DNA from: Pseudomonadota bacterium
Lineage (GTDB): Bacteria > Desulfobacterota > Desulfovibrionia > Desulfovibrionales > Desulfomicrobiaceae
Length of the DNA stretch: 59,248 bases
Assembly: GCA_030529235.1 (NCBI GenBank)
Contig: JAUMXF010000002.1
Location: forward strand, 1 to 59,248
Direction: 5' to 3'
Position numbers and translations under genes: made by a program. The number at the start of each line of letters is the position of its first letter. Positions within the stretch are counted from its first letter, which is position 1. The notes under the pieces were generated by a model, which saw nothing but the letters and a program-made list of their open reading frames with translations, made no database searches and had not been told where the DNA came from. Below, piece after piece: positions 19,528 to 29,800 of this stretch.

Positions 19528-20601
19528 ATGAATCTGCGGGTTCTGGTTGTGGACGATACCATCATGTATCGCAAGGTGGTGGGGGACATTCTGGCGGAAA
19601 TCCCCGGTGTGGAGGTCGTGGGCACGGCCAACAACGGCAAGGTGGCCTTGAGCCGCATCGCGGCTCTGGAGCCGGATCTCATCACCCTGGATGTGGAAAT
19701 GCCTGTCATGGACGGCCTGGAGACGCTGCGGGAAATAGAGAAGAGCCATCCCGATCTGGGTGTGATCATGCTGTCCACCCTGACCAAGCGCGGCAGCGAG
19801 ATCACCATGAAAGCCCTGGAGCTGGGCGCTTTCGACTTCATTGCCAAGCCCGACGCCGAGGCCCGCCAGGAAAACGTCCAGACGCTGAAAAACGCTCTGA
19901 TACCGCGGGTGGCCGCCTTTGCCAGACGCCGGGAGCTTAAGGCTCTCCTGAAACAGAAACTGCGCCGGGGCGGAAGCGTTCCGCCTCCTCCATCGCCTGT
20001 CCCGGGTCCGGGTGCGCCCCGGCGCGTGGGCAAATCCAGGGCTGTGGCCATAGGCATTTCCACGGGTGGCCCCAACGCGCTGGCCCGCATGCTGCCCAAG
20101 TTGCCCAAACTCGGAGTGCCCATCTTTCTGGTGCAGCACATGCCTCCGCTTTTCACCAAATCTCTGGCCGAGAGTCTGGACAGCAAGTGCCAGTATGAGG
20201 TGCGTGAAGCCTCGGACAACGAGACGGTGCGTCCCGACGTGGTCTATATCGCGCCGGGCGGAAAGCAGATGCGGGTGGCCGCCGGACCGGGGGGAACCAA
20301 GATCATCCAGATCACCGACGATCCGCCTGAAAACAACTGCAAGCCGTCCGTGGACTACCTGTTTCGTTCCGTGGCCAAGGAATACGGGGCGCAGACCACC
20401 GGGGTGATCATGACCGGCATGGGCGGCGACGGCACTCTTGGACTCAAGGCCCTGAAGGGTTTTGGCGCGGTGACGGTGGGACAGGACGCGGAATCCTGCG
20501 TGGTTTACGGCATGCCCAAAACCGCCTTCGAAGCGGGGGTGGTGGATGTGGTGGCGCCTTTGGACGGGATTGCCCAGGAGATCGTCCGCACGGTGAAATA
20601 G
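19528..20601 (+). CDS. cheB: Chemotaxis response regulator/methylesterase CheB
   Basis: REC domain plus GISTGGP, VQHMP, KPSVD and MTGMGGDG. Confidence 0.95.
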   Translation: MNLRVLVVDDTIMYRKVVGDILAEIPGVEVVGTANNGKVALSRIAALEPDLITLDVEMPVMDGLETLREIEKSHPDLGVIMLSTLTKRGSEITMKALELGAFDFIAKPDAEARQENVQTLKNALIPRVAAFARRRELKALLKQKLRRGGSVPPPPSPVPGPGAPRRVGKSRAVAIGISTGGPNALARMLPKLPKLGVPIFLVQHMPPLFTKSLAESLDSKCQYEVREASDNETVRPDVVYIAPGGKQMRVAAGPGGTKIIQITDDPPENNCKPSVDYLFRSVAKEYGAQTTGVIMTGMGGDGTLGLKALKGFGAVTVGQDAESCVVYGMPKTAFEAGVVDVVAPLDGIAQEIVRTVK

Positions 20602-20659
20602 CCATGCGGATTTCAAGGCGGCGGTTTTTGTTGACGGAACCAGGTGGACTGAAGCGTCT

Positions 20660-21841
20660 ATGAGTATCACAGCGGACGAATTGCGGGCTCTGACCCACTA
20701 TATCTATTCCATTTCCGGAGTGGCCCTGGACGCGAGCAAGGCCTATCTGGTCGAGACGCGCCTCAAGCCCATGATGCAGCAGTACGCCTGCGCGTCGTAC
20801 ATGGATCTCTACACCAGAGCCAAGGCTGACCGCAGCGGCGCCATGGAAAAGGAAATCATAAGCGCCATCACCACCAACGAGACCCTGTTTTTCCGTGACG
20901 CCTCGCCCTTTGAGGTATTCAAGCACAAAATCATCCCCGATCTGGTGGACGCGCGTTCAAAGAAAGGAGTGCGGCGCGTTCCCATCCGCATCTGGAGCGC
21001 GGCCTGTTCCACCGGCCAGGAAATCTACAGCATCGCCATCGCCCTGCGGGAAACGCTGGGGAATCTGGATAACTTCGACATTTCCCTGCTGGGCACGGAC
21101 ATTTCCGACGATGCCCTGGCCAAGGCCAGCCTCGGCCATTACAACAAGTTCGAGATCGAGCGCGGCCTGCCCCCGCAGACCCTGCACCGTTATTTCATCC
21201 CGCTGGAAAACGGATGGAAGATCCGTGATGAGATCAGGGGCATGGCCACGTTCAAAAAGTTCAATCTGATGAAGCCCTTTGCCGGATTGGGCAGGTTCGA
21301 CGTGATTTTCTGCCGCAACGTGGCCATATACTTCACTCCGGCAGACAAGAAGGCCGTCTTTGAAAAAATCGCCGGAGCGCTGGAGCCGGACGGCGCGCTC
21401 ATCATCGGGTCCACGGAATCCCTGACAGGCGTGACCGCCATGTACGAGCCCAGGCGCTATCTGCGTTCCGTATTCTATCAGCCTGCGGCCGGAGCCGTTT
21501 CCGCCGCGCCGACCAGGTCCGCTTCTGTCCCGCCCGCCCCGCCCGTTCAGCGGCCTGTTTCTCTGACGTCTCGTCCGGTCAGTGCCGCTTCCGCCCCGTC
21601 TCCGCGCCCATCTGCCGCTTCCGCTCCGCCTTTGCCCTCGCGTCCGGAGCCGCCCCTTCCGGCGGATACCCCGTCCATACCGCAACCTGCGGAACCCGCA
21701 GTGGAACATCCCGCTGTGGAGTCTCCCGTTTCGCCCCCTCCACCCCCGCGCCCCATCTTGCGCGCCGCTCCCCGTGTCGTGGGAGACAAATCCGCGCTGA
21801 AGCGGATGCTGCTGGAAAAAAAGCAGCGCCTGGGCAAGTAG
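20660..21841 (+). CDS. cheR: Chemotaxis methyltransferase CheR with a Pro-rich C-terminal tail
   Basis: TTNETLFFRD, IWSAACSTGQE, GTDIS and FCRNV motifs, then about 100 aa of Pro/Ala/Ser-rich tail. Confidence 0.93.
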   Translation: MSITADELRALTHYIYSISGVALDASKAYLVETRLKPMMQQYACASYMDLYTRAKADRSGAMEKEIISAITTNETLFFRDASPFEVFKHKIIPDLVDARSKKGVRRVPIRIWSAACSTGQEIYSIAIALRETLGNLDNFDISLLGTDISDDALAKASLGHYNKFEIERGLPPQTLHRYFIPLENGWKIRDEIRGMATFKKFNLMKPFAGLGRFDVIFCRNVAIYFTPADKKAVFEKIAGALEPDGALIIGSTESLTGVTAMYEPRRYLRSVFYQPAAGAVSAAPTRSASVPPAPPVQRPVSLTSRPVSAASAPSPRPSAASAPPLPSRPEPPLPADTPSIPQPAEPAVEHPAVESPVSPPPPPRPILRAAPRVVGDKSALKRMLLEKKQRLGK

Positions 21842-22029
21842 CCCTCCCTGTCTCCATCTGATGGAATCTGCATCCGTGCGGATTCTTCCGGGCTCATATT
21901 GCACGTTGCCGAAAGGGCCGCGCGGGTTTTATTGCGTCCCCTGCGGTGCCTGGCCGTGAAAGAAATGGCCGGACGCCGCTATTCGCGTGCATCCGCATGC
22001 CTCAATTCCCATTTCTGCTGGAGCTTCTC

Positions 22030-22863
22030 ATGCCGTTATTCTGGGTTCCCGCCATTTCCGGCCTGACGGAAGAGTTTTCGCCGGAATGTCTCGGCGCATC
22101 CGTTCTGCTGGGCACGGAGGACGGCTTTGGCGATGCTTCCTTCACGCACAACCTCCACCTGTGCGGCCCGTGTCCGTCGGTGCTGGACGTGGCCATGCAT
22201 CTGGCCCGAAACGGACGTCTCGCTGTCTGGGATTCCGTATTGGCGGTATCGCAATGGGCCGGGCGCGGGCAGTTGCGGCGGTCCTGGATTTCCGAGCCGG
22301 GCAATCTTTTCGCGGCCTGGCGTCTGCCCGTACCTCCTCCGGCATGGGGAGGGCTTTTGTCCGTGCTTGCGGGCTGGGTTCTGTGCGCGGCCCTGCGGGA
22401 AGGGGGCGTGGCGGCGCAGGTCAAATGGCCCAACGATATTCTGGTGGCGGGCCGCAAGGTGGGCGGCATCCTTCTGGAAGAGCGGGAAGACATTCTGCTG
22501 GCCGGGGTGGGGCTGAATCTGGTTTCGCATCCGGAAGAGCGGGACCTGCGGAAAGACCGGGCCTGCCCGGCCGGGGCGCTGACGGATCTCTGGCCCGGAG
22601 AGCCGCTTTTCCGGCGTTGGTTGCGGCTTGTGAACTCCGCTCAACTTCGTTACCGTGCCGCACTTTCAGAATCGGCTCCCGCGGAATTTTCCCGCTCGAT
22701 CGGGCCCATGCTGGCCTACCTCGGCACGGCGGTCCATGTCGGGGACCACCGGTCGCTGGTGCGCGGGCTGTACGCGGGCCTGAGTCCGGACGGAGGAATT
22801 GTTCTGCGCACGGACGAGGGTGAACGGGTGCTGCACTCCGGCTCCCTTGGCCCGGAGGAGTGA
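22030..22863 (+). CDS. birA: Biotin-protein ligase (no HTH domain; start uncertain)
   Basis: QWAGRGQLRRSW and KWPNDI..GRKVGGIL motifs, directly upstream of pyc. Confidence 0.88.
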   Translation: MPLFWVPAISGLTEEFSPECLGASVLLGTEDGFGDASFTHNLHLCGPCPSVLDVAMHLARNGRLAVWDSVLAVSQWAGRGQLRRSWISEPGNLFAAWRLPVPPPAWGGLLSVLAGWVLCAALREGGVAAQVKWPNDILVAGRKVGGILLEEREDILLAGVGLNLVSHPEERDLRKDRACPAGALTDLWPGEPLFRRWLRLVNSAQLRYRAALSESAPAEFSRSIGPMLAYLGTAVHVGDHRSLVRGLYAGLSPDGGIVLRTDEGERVLHSGSLGPEE

Positions 22864-23039
22864 CCGGGTGCGGCGGGCTGCTGAAAACAACTTTTTTCGG
22901 AGGCTGCTTAGAGGATCATACTGGCCGGGACGGAAAAATTCAGAACCGATGCGTGACCAGGAGGATGCGGGATGCTGGATTTTTCCGAACAGTACGGCCG
23001 GGAGATCCGAGCAAGCCTCATAACGTCCAGGAGAGACAC

Positions 23040-26000
23040 ATGTCGCTTGTTCCCCGCAGTTTCGAGGAAGTGGCCCGGGAAATCCGGGGCAGGAAAATTC
23101 TTGTGGCCAACCGGGGCATTCCCGCCAGGCGCATCGTCCGTTCCATCAAGGAGGTTTTTCAGGCTATCCCCCTGATCACGGCCACGGACGTGGACAAGAC
23201 CGCTCCTTTCACCTCCGGCGCTCAGGAGCTGCTGCACCTCGGGGAAAATCCGCGGGCCTATCTGGATATCGACAAGATCATCTCCATGGCCAAGTCCCGG
23301 GGTGTGGCGGCCATCCATCCCGGCTGGGGCTTCGCCTCCGAGGACGACAGTTTTCCGTCCAAATGCGCCGAAGCGGGCATACTTTTCATCGGGCCGACAT
23401 CCGAGGCCATGCGCCTTCTGGGCAACAAGGTGCAGGTCCGGGCCCTGGCCCAGAAGCTGGGCATCCCCGTGGTGCCGGGCTCCGAAGGGGCGGTTTCCGT
23501 GGAGGAGGCCAAAAAGGTGGCCCGGGAAATCGGCCTGCCGGTCATGCTCAAGGCCGAAGGCGGCGGGGGCGGCCGCGGCATCTACGAGGTATTCAGCGAG
23601 GACCAGCTGGCCGACGCCTTTGTGAAGGCTTCCACTCTGGCCCAGGCTTCCTTCGGCAATCCGCGTCTCTATGTGGAACGCCTGCTGACTTCGGTCCGGC
23701 ACATCGAAATCCAGGTCATCACGGACAAGTACGGCAATGTCTTCGCCTTTGACGAGCGGGACTGCACGGTACAGCGCAACCACCAGAAGCTGGTGGAGAT
23801 AACGCCTTCGCCGTGGCTGGGCATGACGGAAGAGTTGCGCGAGCGCCTGAAGGGCTACGCCCGGCAGCTGGTCAGCGCCGTGAACTACTATTCCCTGTGC
23901 ACGGTGGAGTTTCTGGTGGACGGTCAGGGCCGGCCGTATCTGATCGAGGTCAACACCAGGTTACAGGTGGAGCACGGCATCACCGAATGCCGCTACGGCA
24001 TCGACCTGGTGGAAGAGCAGATCGCCGTGGCCTTCGGAGCGAAGCTGCGTCTGTGCGAGGAAAATTGCGGGCCCCAGCGGCACGCCCTGCAGGTGCGCAT
24101 CAACTGCGAGGACCCGCAGCACGGTTTCGCGCCCAACGCGGGCCGCATCACCCGGTACATGTCTCCGGGCGGTCCGGGCGTGCGCGTGGACTCCTGTGTG
24201 TGCGGCGGCTACGAATTTCCGCCCCAGTACGATTCGGCGGCTTCCCTGCTCATCGCTTACGGCACGCAGTGGGACAAGGTGCTCGGCATCATGGACCGGG
24301 CCCTTGGCGAATACATTGTCGGCGGCATCAAGACCACCATTCCCTTCCATCGCCAGATCATCCGGCATCCGCGTTTCCGCTCGGGTGACTACGACACCAA
24401 GTTCGTGGCCAACACGCCCGAGCTGCTGGTGTACATGGACAAGGAGTCCGAGGCCGTGCGCCTGTCCCGGCTGGTGGCCGAGATTTCCGCCCACGGGTAC
24501 AACCCCTATATTAAACTTGGGGAATACCGGACCAGGGAAGGCAAGCGCATGGACCCCTTCAGGCCGTCGCTGCCCTCCATCGAGCCGGAATATTACGACT
24601 ACCCCTATCCGCGCGGCGACCGGGACGCCATTTTGGATTTTGTCCGCGATTCGGGGACCGTGCATTTCTCCGACACCACCACCCGTGACATCACGCAGTC
24701 CAACTCCGGCAACCGCTTCCGCCTGGCCGAGGACCGGATCATCGGCCCCTATCTGGACAACTGCGGCTTCTTCTCTCTGGAAAACGGCGGCGGCGCGCAC
24801 TTCCACGTGGCCATGCTGGCCAACATGACCTACCCCTTTTCCGAGGCGCGGGAATGGAACGAATTCGCGCCCAAGACGTTGAAGCAGCTGCTTATCCGCT
24901 CCACCAACGTGCTGGGCTACAAGCCCGTGCCGGGGAATGTCATGCGCCGCACGGGAGAGATGATCTGCGAGCATTACGACGTCATCCGCTGCTTCGATTT
25001 CCTGAACCACATCGAAAACATGCGCCCCTTCGCCGAAGTGGCTCTGAATTCCCGCAGAAACATCTGGGAACCGGCCATCTCCCTGTCCTGGGCAGACGGA
25101 TTCACGGTGGAGCACTATCTGGGCGTGGTGCAGGAGATCGTGGACATGAACGCCCGGATTCTGGGCTGTTCCGCAAAGGAAGCGGAGAAAAAGTTCATCC
25201 TCGGTCTGAAGGATATGGCCGGAGTCTGCCCGCCGGTCTTCATGACGGAGCTGATTTCCGCCATCCGCAAGGCCCATCCCGGTCTGGTTCTGCATTACCA
25301 CCGCCATTACACCGACGGCCTTTTCGTGCCGGCCGTGGCCGCCGCGGCCAAAGCCGGAGCGCACATCCTCGACACAGCCATCGGCGCGTCCGTGCGCTGG
25401 TACGGTCAGGGCGAGGTGCTGTCCACGGCGGCGTACATCGAGGAACTGGGCCTTAAAACCAGTCTCAACAAGGAAATGATCCGCAGCGCGGGCTTCGTCC
25501 TGAAGCAGATCATGCCCTATTATGACCGCTATACGGCCCCGTATTTTCAGGGCATCGACTACGACGCCATCGAGCACGGCATGCCCGGGGGGGCCACTTC
25601 TTCCTCCCAGGAAGGCGCCCTGAAACAGGGGTACATCCATCTTCTGCCCTACATGCTCAAGTTTCTGGCGGGCATCCGCAAGATCGTGCGTTACCACGAC
25701 GTCACGCCGGGCTCCCAGATTACCTGGAACACGGCTTTTCTGGCCATCACCGGGGCGTACAAGCGGGGCGGCCGCAGGGGTGTGCGCAGGCTTCTGGCCG
25801 TGCTGGAACAGGTCATATCGAAGCCCGAAGAAGCGCTCAGCGCCGCCGTCAGGACCGAGCGGCTCAAAATCTATCAGGACGCCAACGACGCGTTCCGCGA
25901 TCTGCTGCTGGGCAAGTTCGGCCGCCTGCCCTTGGGTTTTCCGCCGGACTGGGTGTACGAGTCGGCTTTCGGTCCGGATTATGAGGAGGCCATTGCCCGG

Positions 26001-26729
26001 CGGACGGAGGAATCGCCTCTCGCGCAGCTTCAGGACGTCGATGTGGACAAGGAGCTGGCGGATCTGGAGGAGCATATCGGCCGGACTCCCACGGAAGAGG
26101 AACTGCTCATGTATCTGAGCCAGCCCGGCGATGCCCTGAACACCATCCGCTTCGTGGGCAGATACGGAGACTGCAACCGCCTGCCGCTGCACGTCTGGTT
26201 CGAGGGGCTGAAGAGCGGCGACGAGATCATGTTCAAGGACAGCCAGGGCCGGCACCATGTGCTTTCCGTCAAGCATGTGTCCCGTCCGGACGATCACGGC
26301 ATGAGCCTTGTCTCCTATACGCTCGATTCGGAGTCCTTTTCCATCCAGGTCAAGGTGGCCGAGGCTCTGGGCCGGGACGACGCCGGAACGGAAATGGCCG
26401 ATCCGGGGAATCCCTATCAGGTGGGTTCGCCTTCCGGCGGCGACCTGTGGGTCATGCACGTCAAGCCCGGGGACATGGTCCGAAAGGGCGAGGAGCTCTT
26501 CAACATTTCCATCATGAAGCAGGAAAAGTCCGTCGTGTCCCCGGTGGAGGGCATGGTCGAGCGGGTGCTCAAGTTCGCGGACTATCAGGAAGACAGGAAG
26601 ATGGTTCCGGTCAAGGAAGGGGAACTGCTGGTTCAGCTTATGCCCGCGCCCCGGAAATGTCCGACCTGCCAGACTCCGGTCACCCGGGAAGAATACAGGT
26701 TCTGCCCGGCCTGCGGCCAGAAAGTGTAG
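23040..26729 (+). CDS. pyc: Pyruvate carboxylase (single chain) with a C-terminal Zn-ribbon
   Basis: Biotin carboxylase motifs (ANRG, GGGGRG, RDCTVQRNHQK, NTRLQVEH), carboxyltransferase motifs (TTRD, LKDMAG), and biotin carrier IMKQE. ATG at 23040 follows AGGAG. Confidence 0.93.
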   Translation: MSLVPRSFEEVAREIRGRKILVANRGIPARRIVRSIKEVFQAIPLITATDVDKTAPFTSGAQELLHLGENPRAYLDIDKIISMAKSRGVAAIHPGWGFASEDDSFPSKCAEAGILFIGPTSEAMRLLGNKVQVRALAQKLGIPVVPGSEGAVSVEEAKKVAREIGLPVMLKAEGGGGGRGIYEVFSEDQLADAFVKASTLAQASFGNPRLYVERLLTSVRHIEIQVITDKYGNVFAFDERDCTVQRNHQKLVEITPSPWLGMTEELRERLKGYARQLVSAVNYYSLCTVEFLVDGQGRPYLIEVNTRLQVEHGITECRYGIDLVEEQIAVAFGAKLRLCEENCGPQRHALQVRINCEDPQHGFAPNAGRITRYMSPGGPGVRVDSCVCGGYEFPPQYDSAASLLIAYGTQWDKVLGIMDRALGEYIVGGIKTTIPFHRQIIRHPRFRSGDYDTKFVANTPELLVYMDKESEAVRLSRLVAEISAHGYNPYIKLGEYRTREGKRMDPFRPSLPSIEPEYYDYPYPRGDRDAILDFVRDSGTVHFSDTTTRDITQSNSGNRFRLAEDRIIGPYLDNCGFFSLENGGGAHFHVAMLANMTYPFSEAREWNEFAPKTLKQLLIRSTNVLGYKPVPGNVMRRTGEMICEHYDVIRCFDFLNHIENMRPFAEVALNSRRNIWEPAISLSWADGFTVEHYLGVVQEIVDMNARILGCSAKEAEKKFILGLKDMAGVCPPVFMTELISAIRKAHPGLVLHYHRHYTDGLFVPAVAAAAKAGAHILDTAIGASVRWYGQGEVLSTAAYIEELGLKTSLNKEMIRSAGFVLKQIMPYYDRYTAPYFQGIDYDAIEHGMPGGATSSSQEGALKQGYIHLLPYMLKFLAGIRKIVRYHDVTPGSQITWNTAFLAITGAYKRGGRRGVRRLLAVLEQVISKPEEALSAAVRTERLKIYQDANDAFRDLLLGKFGRLPLGFPPDWVYESAFGPDYEEAIARRTEESPLAQLQDVDVDKELADLEEHIGRTPTEEELLMYLSQPGDALNTIRFVGRYGDCNRLPLHVWFEGLKSGDEIMFKDSQGRHHVLSVKHVSRPDDHGMSLVSYTLDSESFSIQVKVAEALGRDDAGTEMADPGNPYQVGSPSGGDLWVMHVKPGDMVRKGEELFNISIMKQEKSVVSPVEGMVERVLKFADYQEDRKMVPVKEGELLVQLMPAPRKCPTCQTPVTREEYRFCPACGQKV

Positions 26730-26878
26730 GAGGCGGTTTCGGTTTTCGTGTTGTCAACCATTGTGGCCCGGCACTTTTTCGTGTCATAAGAGAAACGCGA
26801 TGTTGATTGGGAGATCGCGTCCGATTTCCCGGAATGATCCATCTGGATTCCGATATGCGCACGACAGAGGAGGAAAAA

Positions 26879-29800
26879 ATGTCCGAAAGCGACAAGAAGA
26901 GTTCCAGAAAGAAGTCCGAAAAAACGGCGGAAGCTCCCGCGACTCCCGAGCGGATCGAGGAAATCCAGAAACAGCTCGTGCTGACGGGCAAGGATATCGT
27001 GACCATCGGGGAGGACGCGGAACTGCTGGTGGGCGGAAAGAACTACAACACGGCCATCATCAGCACCATAGAGGGCGTGCGCGCTCCGCAGTTCAGAGCC
27101 GTCTCCTCCATCGCCTTCCACAAGCTTCTGGACGAGACCAGAGTCAATGCCGCCCTGGTCCGCTCCACGGTGGACAAAGCCTACGACTCCACGGACTGGG
27201 CCGACCCGGAAATCAACAAGGATTCGGAGTTCCTGCAGAAATTCGTGCGCAAGATCGCTCAGGACGTGAAGGACCTGGCGCGCAAGCAGGAAGGCACGCT
27301 CATTCGTCTGCGCACCTTCATCAACAACGTGGTGGAGGGTTTCGCCGTTTCTCCCGAAGGCATCGACCAGCTGCGCAAGCGTTCCGTTCTGGTGCAGGCG
27401 GCCATTTTGTCCGTGGATCTGCCCAGGGATGTGGCCGACGCCGTGCGCGGGGCATACCTGGAAATCTGCAAGGAAGCCGGCCTGGAAAACGAACCCGTGG
27501 CCGTGCGGTCCTCGGCCGCCGGCGAGGACAGCCGCAAGAAGGCCTTCGCCGGGCTTCAGGACACCTATCTGAATATCGTGGGCGAGAACTACGTGGTGCA
27601 GGCCTATCACTGGGACTGCGCCTCGGCCTATAACCTGCGGTCCATGACTTACCGCCGCGAGGCCATTCTCGACGCCGTGGCCAAGGCCGAGCAGACCGGC
27701 GACGACGAGATCGCCGTGAGGGCCAAGCAGGAATGGGCCATCGAAAACACGTCGCTGTCCGTGTGCATCATGCGTATGATCAATCCGGTCATCTCCGGTA
27801 CGGCCTTCTCCGCCGACACCTCCACGGGCTGCCGGGGCACGGTGCGTAAGGATCTGGTCTCCATCGACGCCAGCTACGGCCTGGGTGAGGCGGTGGTCAG
27901 CGGCCTGGTCACACCGGACAAATTCTACGTGTTCCAGCGCGAGGACGGCCAGGAAGTGGTCATCCGCTACATGGGCTGCAAGGACAAGCGTATCGTCTAC
28001 AAGGAATCCGGGCGCGGCACCAAGGTCGAGACTGTGGAAGACGAGATGGCGTACCGCTGGTCCCTGTCGCTGGCCCAGGCCGAATCCGTGGCCAGGGGAG
28101 TGCGGCTCATCAGCAAGGGCTACGGCGGCATGATCATGGACTCGGAGTTCTGCATCGACCAGTGGGACCGCCTGTGGTTCGTGCAGGCCCGGCCCGAGAC
28201 CCGCTGGAACGAGGAGCTGGAAACGCATCCGCACACCATTTTCATGCGCCGCAAGGAAGTGGTGGAGAGCGCGGCCAAGGAAGCCGAGGTGCTGCTGGAG
28301 GGCAATGGCGCTTCCCGCGGCGCGGGGCAGGGGCAGGTGCGCTACCTGCGTTCGGCTCTGGAACTGAACAAAATCAGCAAGGGGCACGTGCTGGCCGCCG
28401 AACGCACGGACCCGGACATGGTGCCGGGCATGCGTATCGCCTCGGCCATCATGGCCGATGCCGGCGGAGACACCAGCCACGCGGCCATCACTTCGCGTGA
28501 ACTGGGCATTCCGGCGGTCATCGGCATCAAGCGTCTGGAGAAACTGCGCACCCTGGACGGCCAGGATGTGACCGTGGACGGCTCCAGAGGCAAGGTCTAC
28601 CGCGGCCTGCTGCCTCTGGTGGAGGTGGGCGGCGAGATCGACGTCAGCCAGCTGCCCGCGACCAAGACCAAGATCGGTCTTATTCTGGCCGACGTGGGGC
28701 AGTCCCTGTTTCTGTCCCGCCTGCGCGATGTGCCGGATTTCGAGGTGGGACTTCTGCGCGCCGAGTTCATGCTGGGCAATATCGGCGTTCACCCGCTGGC
28801 TCTGGAAGCCTACGATCTGGGCGGGCTCGACGCCGTGGTCAGCGCCAAGCTGACCGCGCTGGAAGACGATCTGACCAAGATCGTATCCGAGCAGATGGCG
28901 GCGGGCACCATCAGCCTGGACATCAAACTGCGCAGCTATGTGGGCATCATCACGGGGCTGGCCCGCAAGATGGAGGAGCTGACAGAGCGCGAGGGCGCCA
29001 AGGGCACCGACGAGGTCCTGGCCATCCACCGCCAGCTGCGGGAACTGGACAAGAAACTGGACGAGCATCTGGAATTCGCCACCCAGCGCTTCGAAGTACT
29101 GAAGACTTCGCATTCCCTGAAGGACCACGTGGCCGTGGTCATGGGATACGCCGACGAGCTGGAGACTCTGGGCAACGATCCCCAGTCCCAGCGCCGCCGG
29201 CTGGAAATCCAGGATGCCATTGCCCGGGACGTGGCCCGTATCGAACGGGACCCGGTCATTGTCGAGACGCTGGAGAAGATTTCCGCCCTGCGCGAGGATG
29301 TGGCCAAGAAGGTCGGCCTGCAGCACGAAATGGACACGGTGCGGACCCTGCCCCAGCGCATTCAGGACATACTGAAGTCCAGGGGCTACCGCAGCGGAAA
29401 GGAACTCTACATTCAGAGTCTGGCTCAGGGGCTGGCGCTTTTTTCCATGGCTTTTCACGGCAAGACCGTGGTCTACCGCACCACGGACTATAAAACCAAC
29501 GAATACCGGAATCTGCTGGGCGGACTTCTGTTCGAGGGACATGAAGACAATCCCATGCTGGGTTACCGGGGCGTGTCCCGGAACATCCACGACTGGGAGC
29601 TGGAAGCTTTCAAGCTGGCCCGCGGCGCGTTCGGCGGCGTCAATCTGCATCTGATGCTGCCCTTCGTGCGGACGCTGGAGGAAGCCCGGTCCATGAAGCG
29701 CTATCTGGAGCAGGTGCATCACATCCATTCCGGCGACAACGGGCTGAAGATCATCCTCATGTCCGAAATTCCGAGCAACGCCGTGCTGGCCAAGGAGTTT

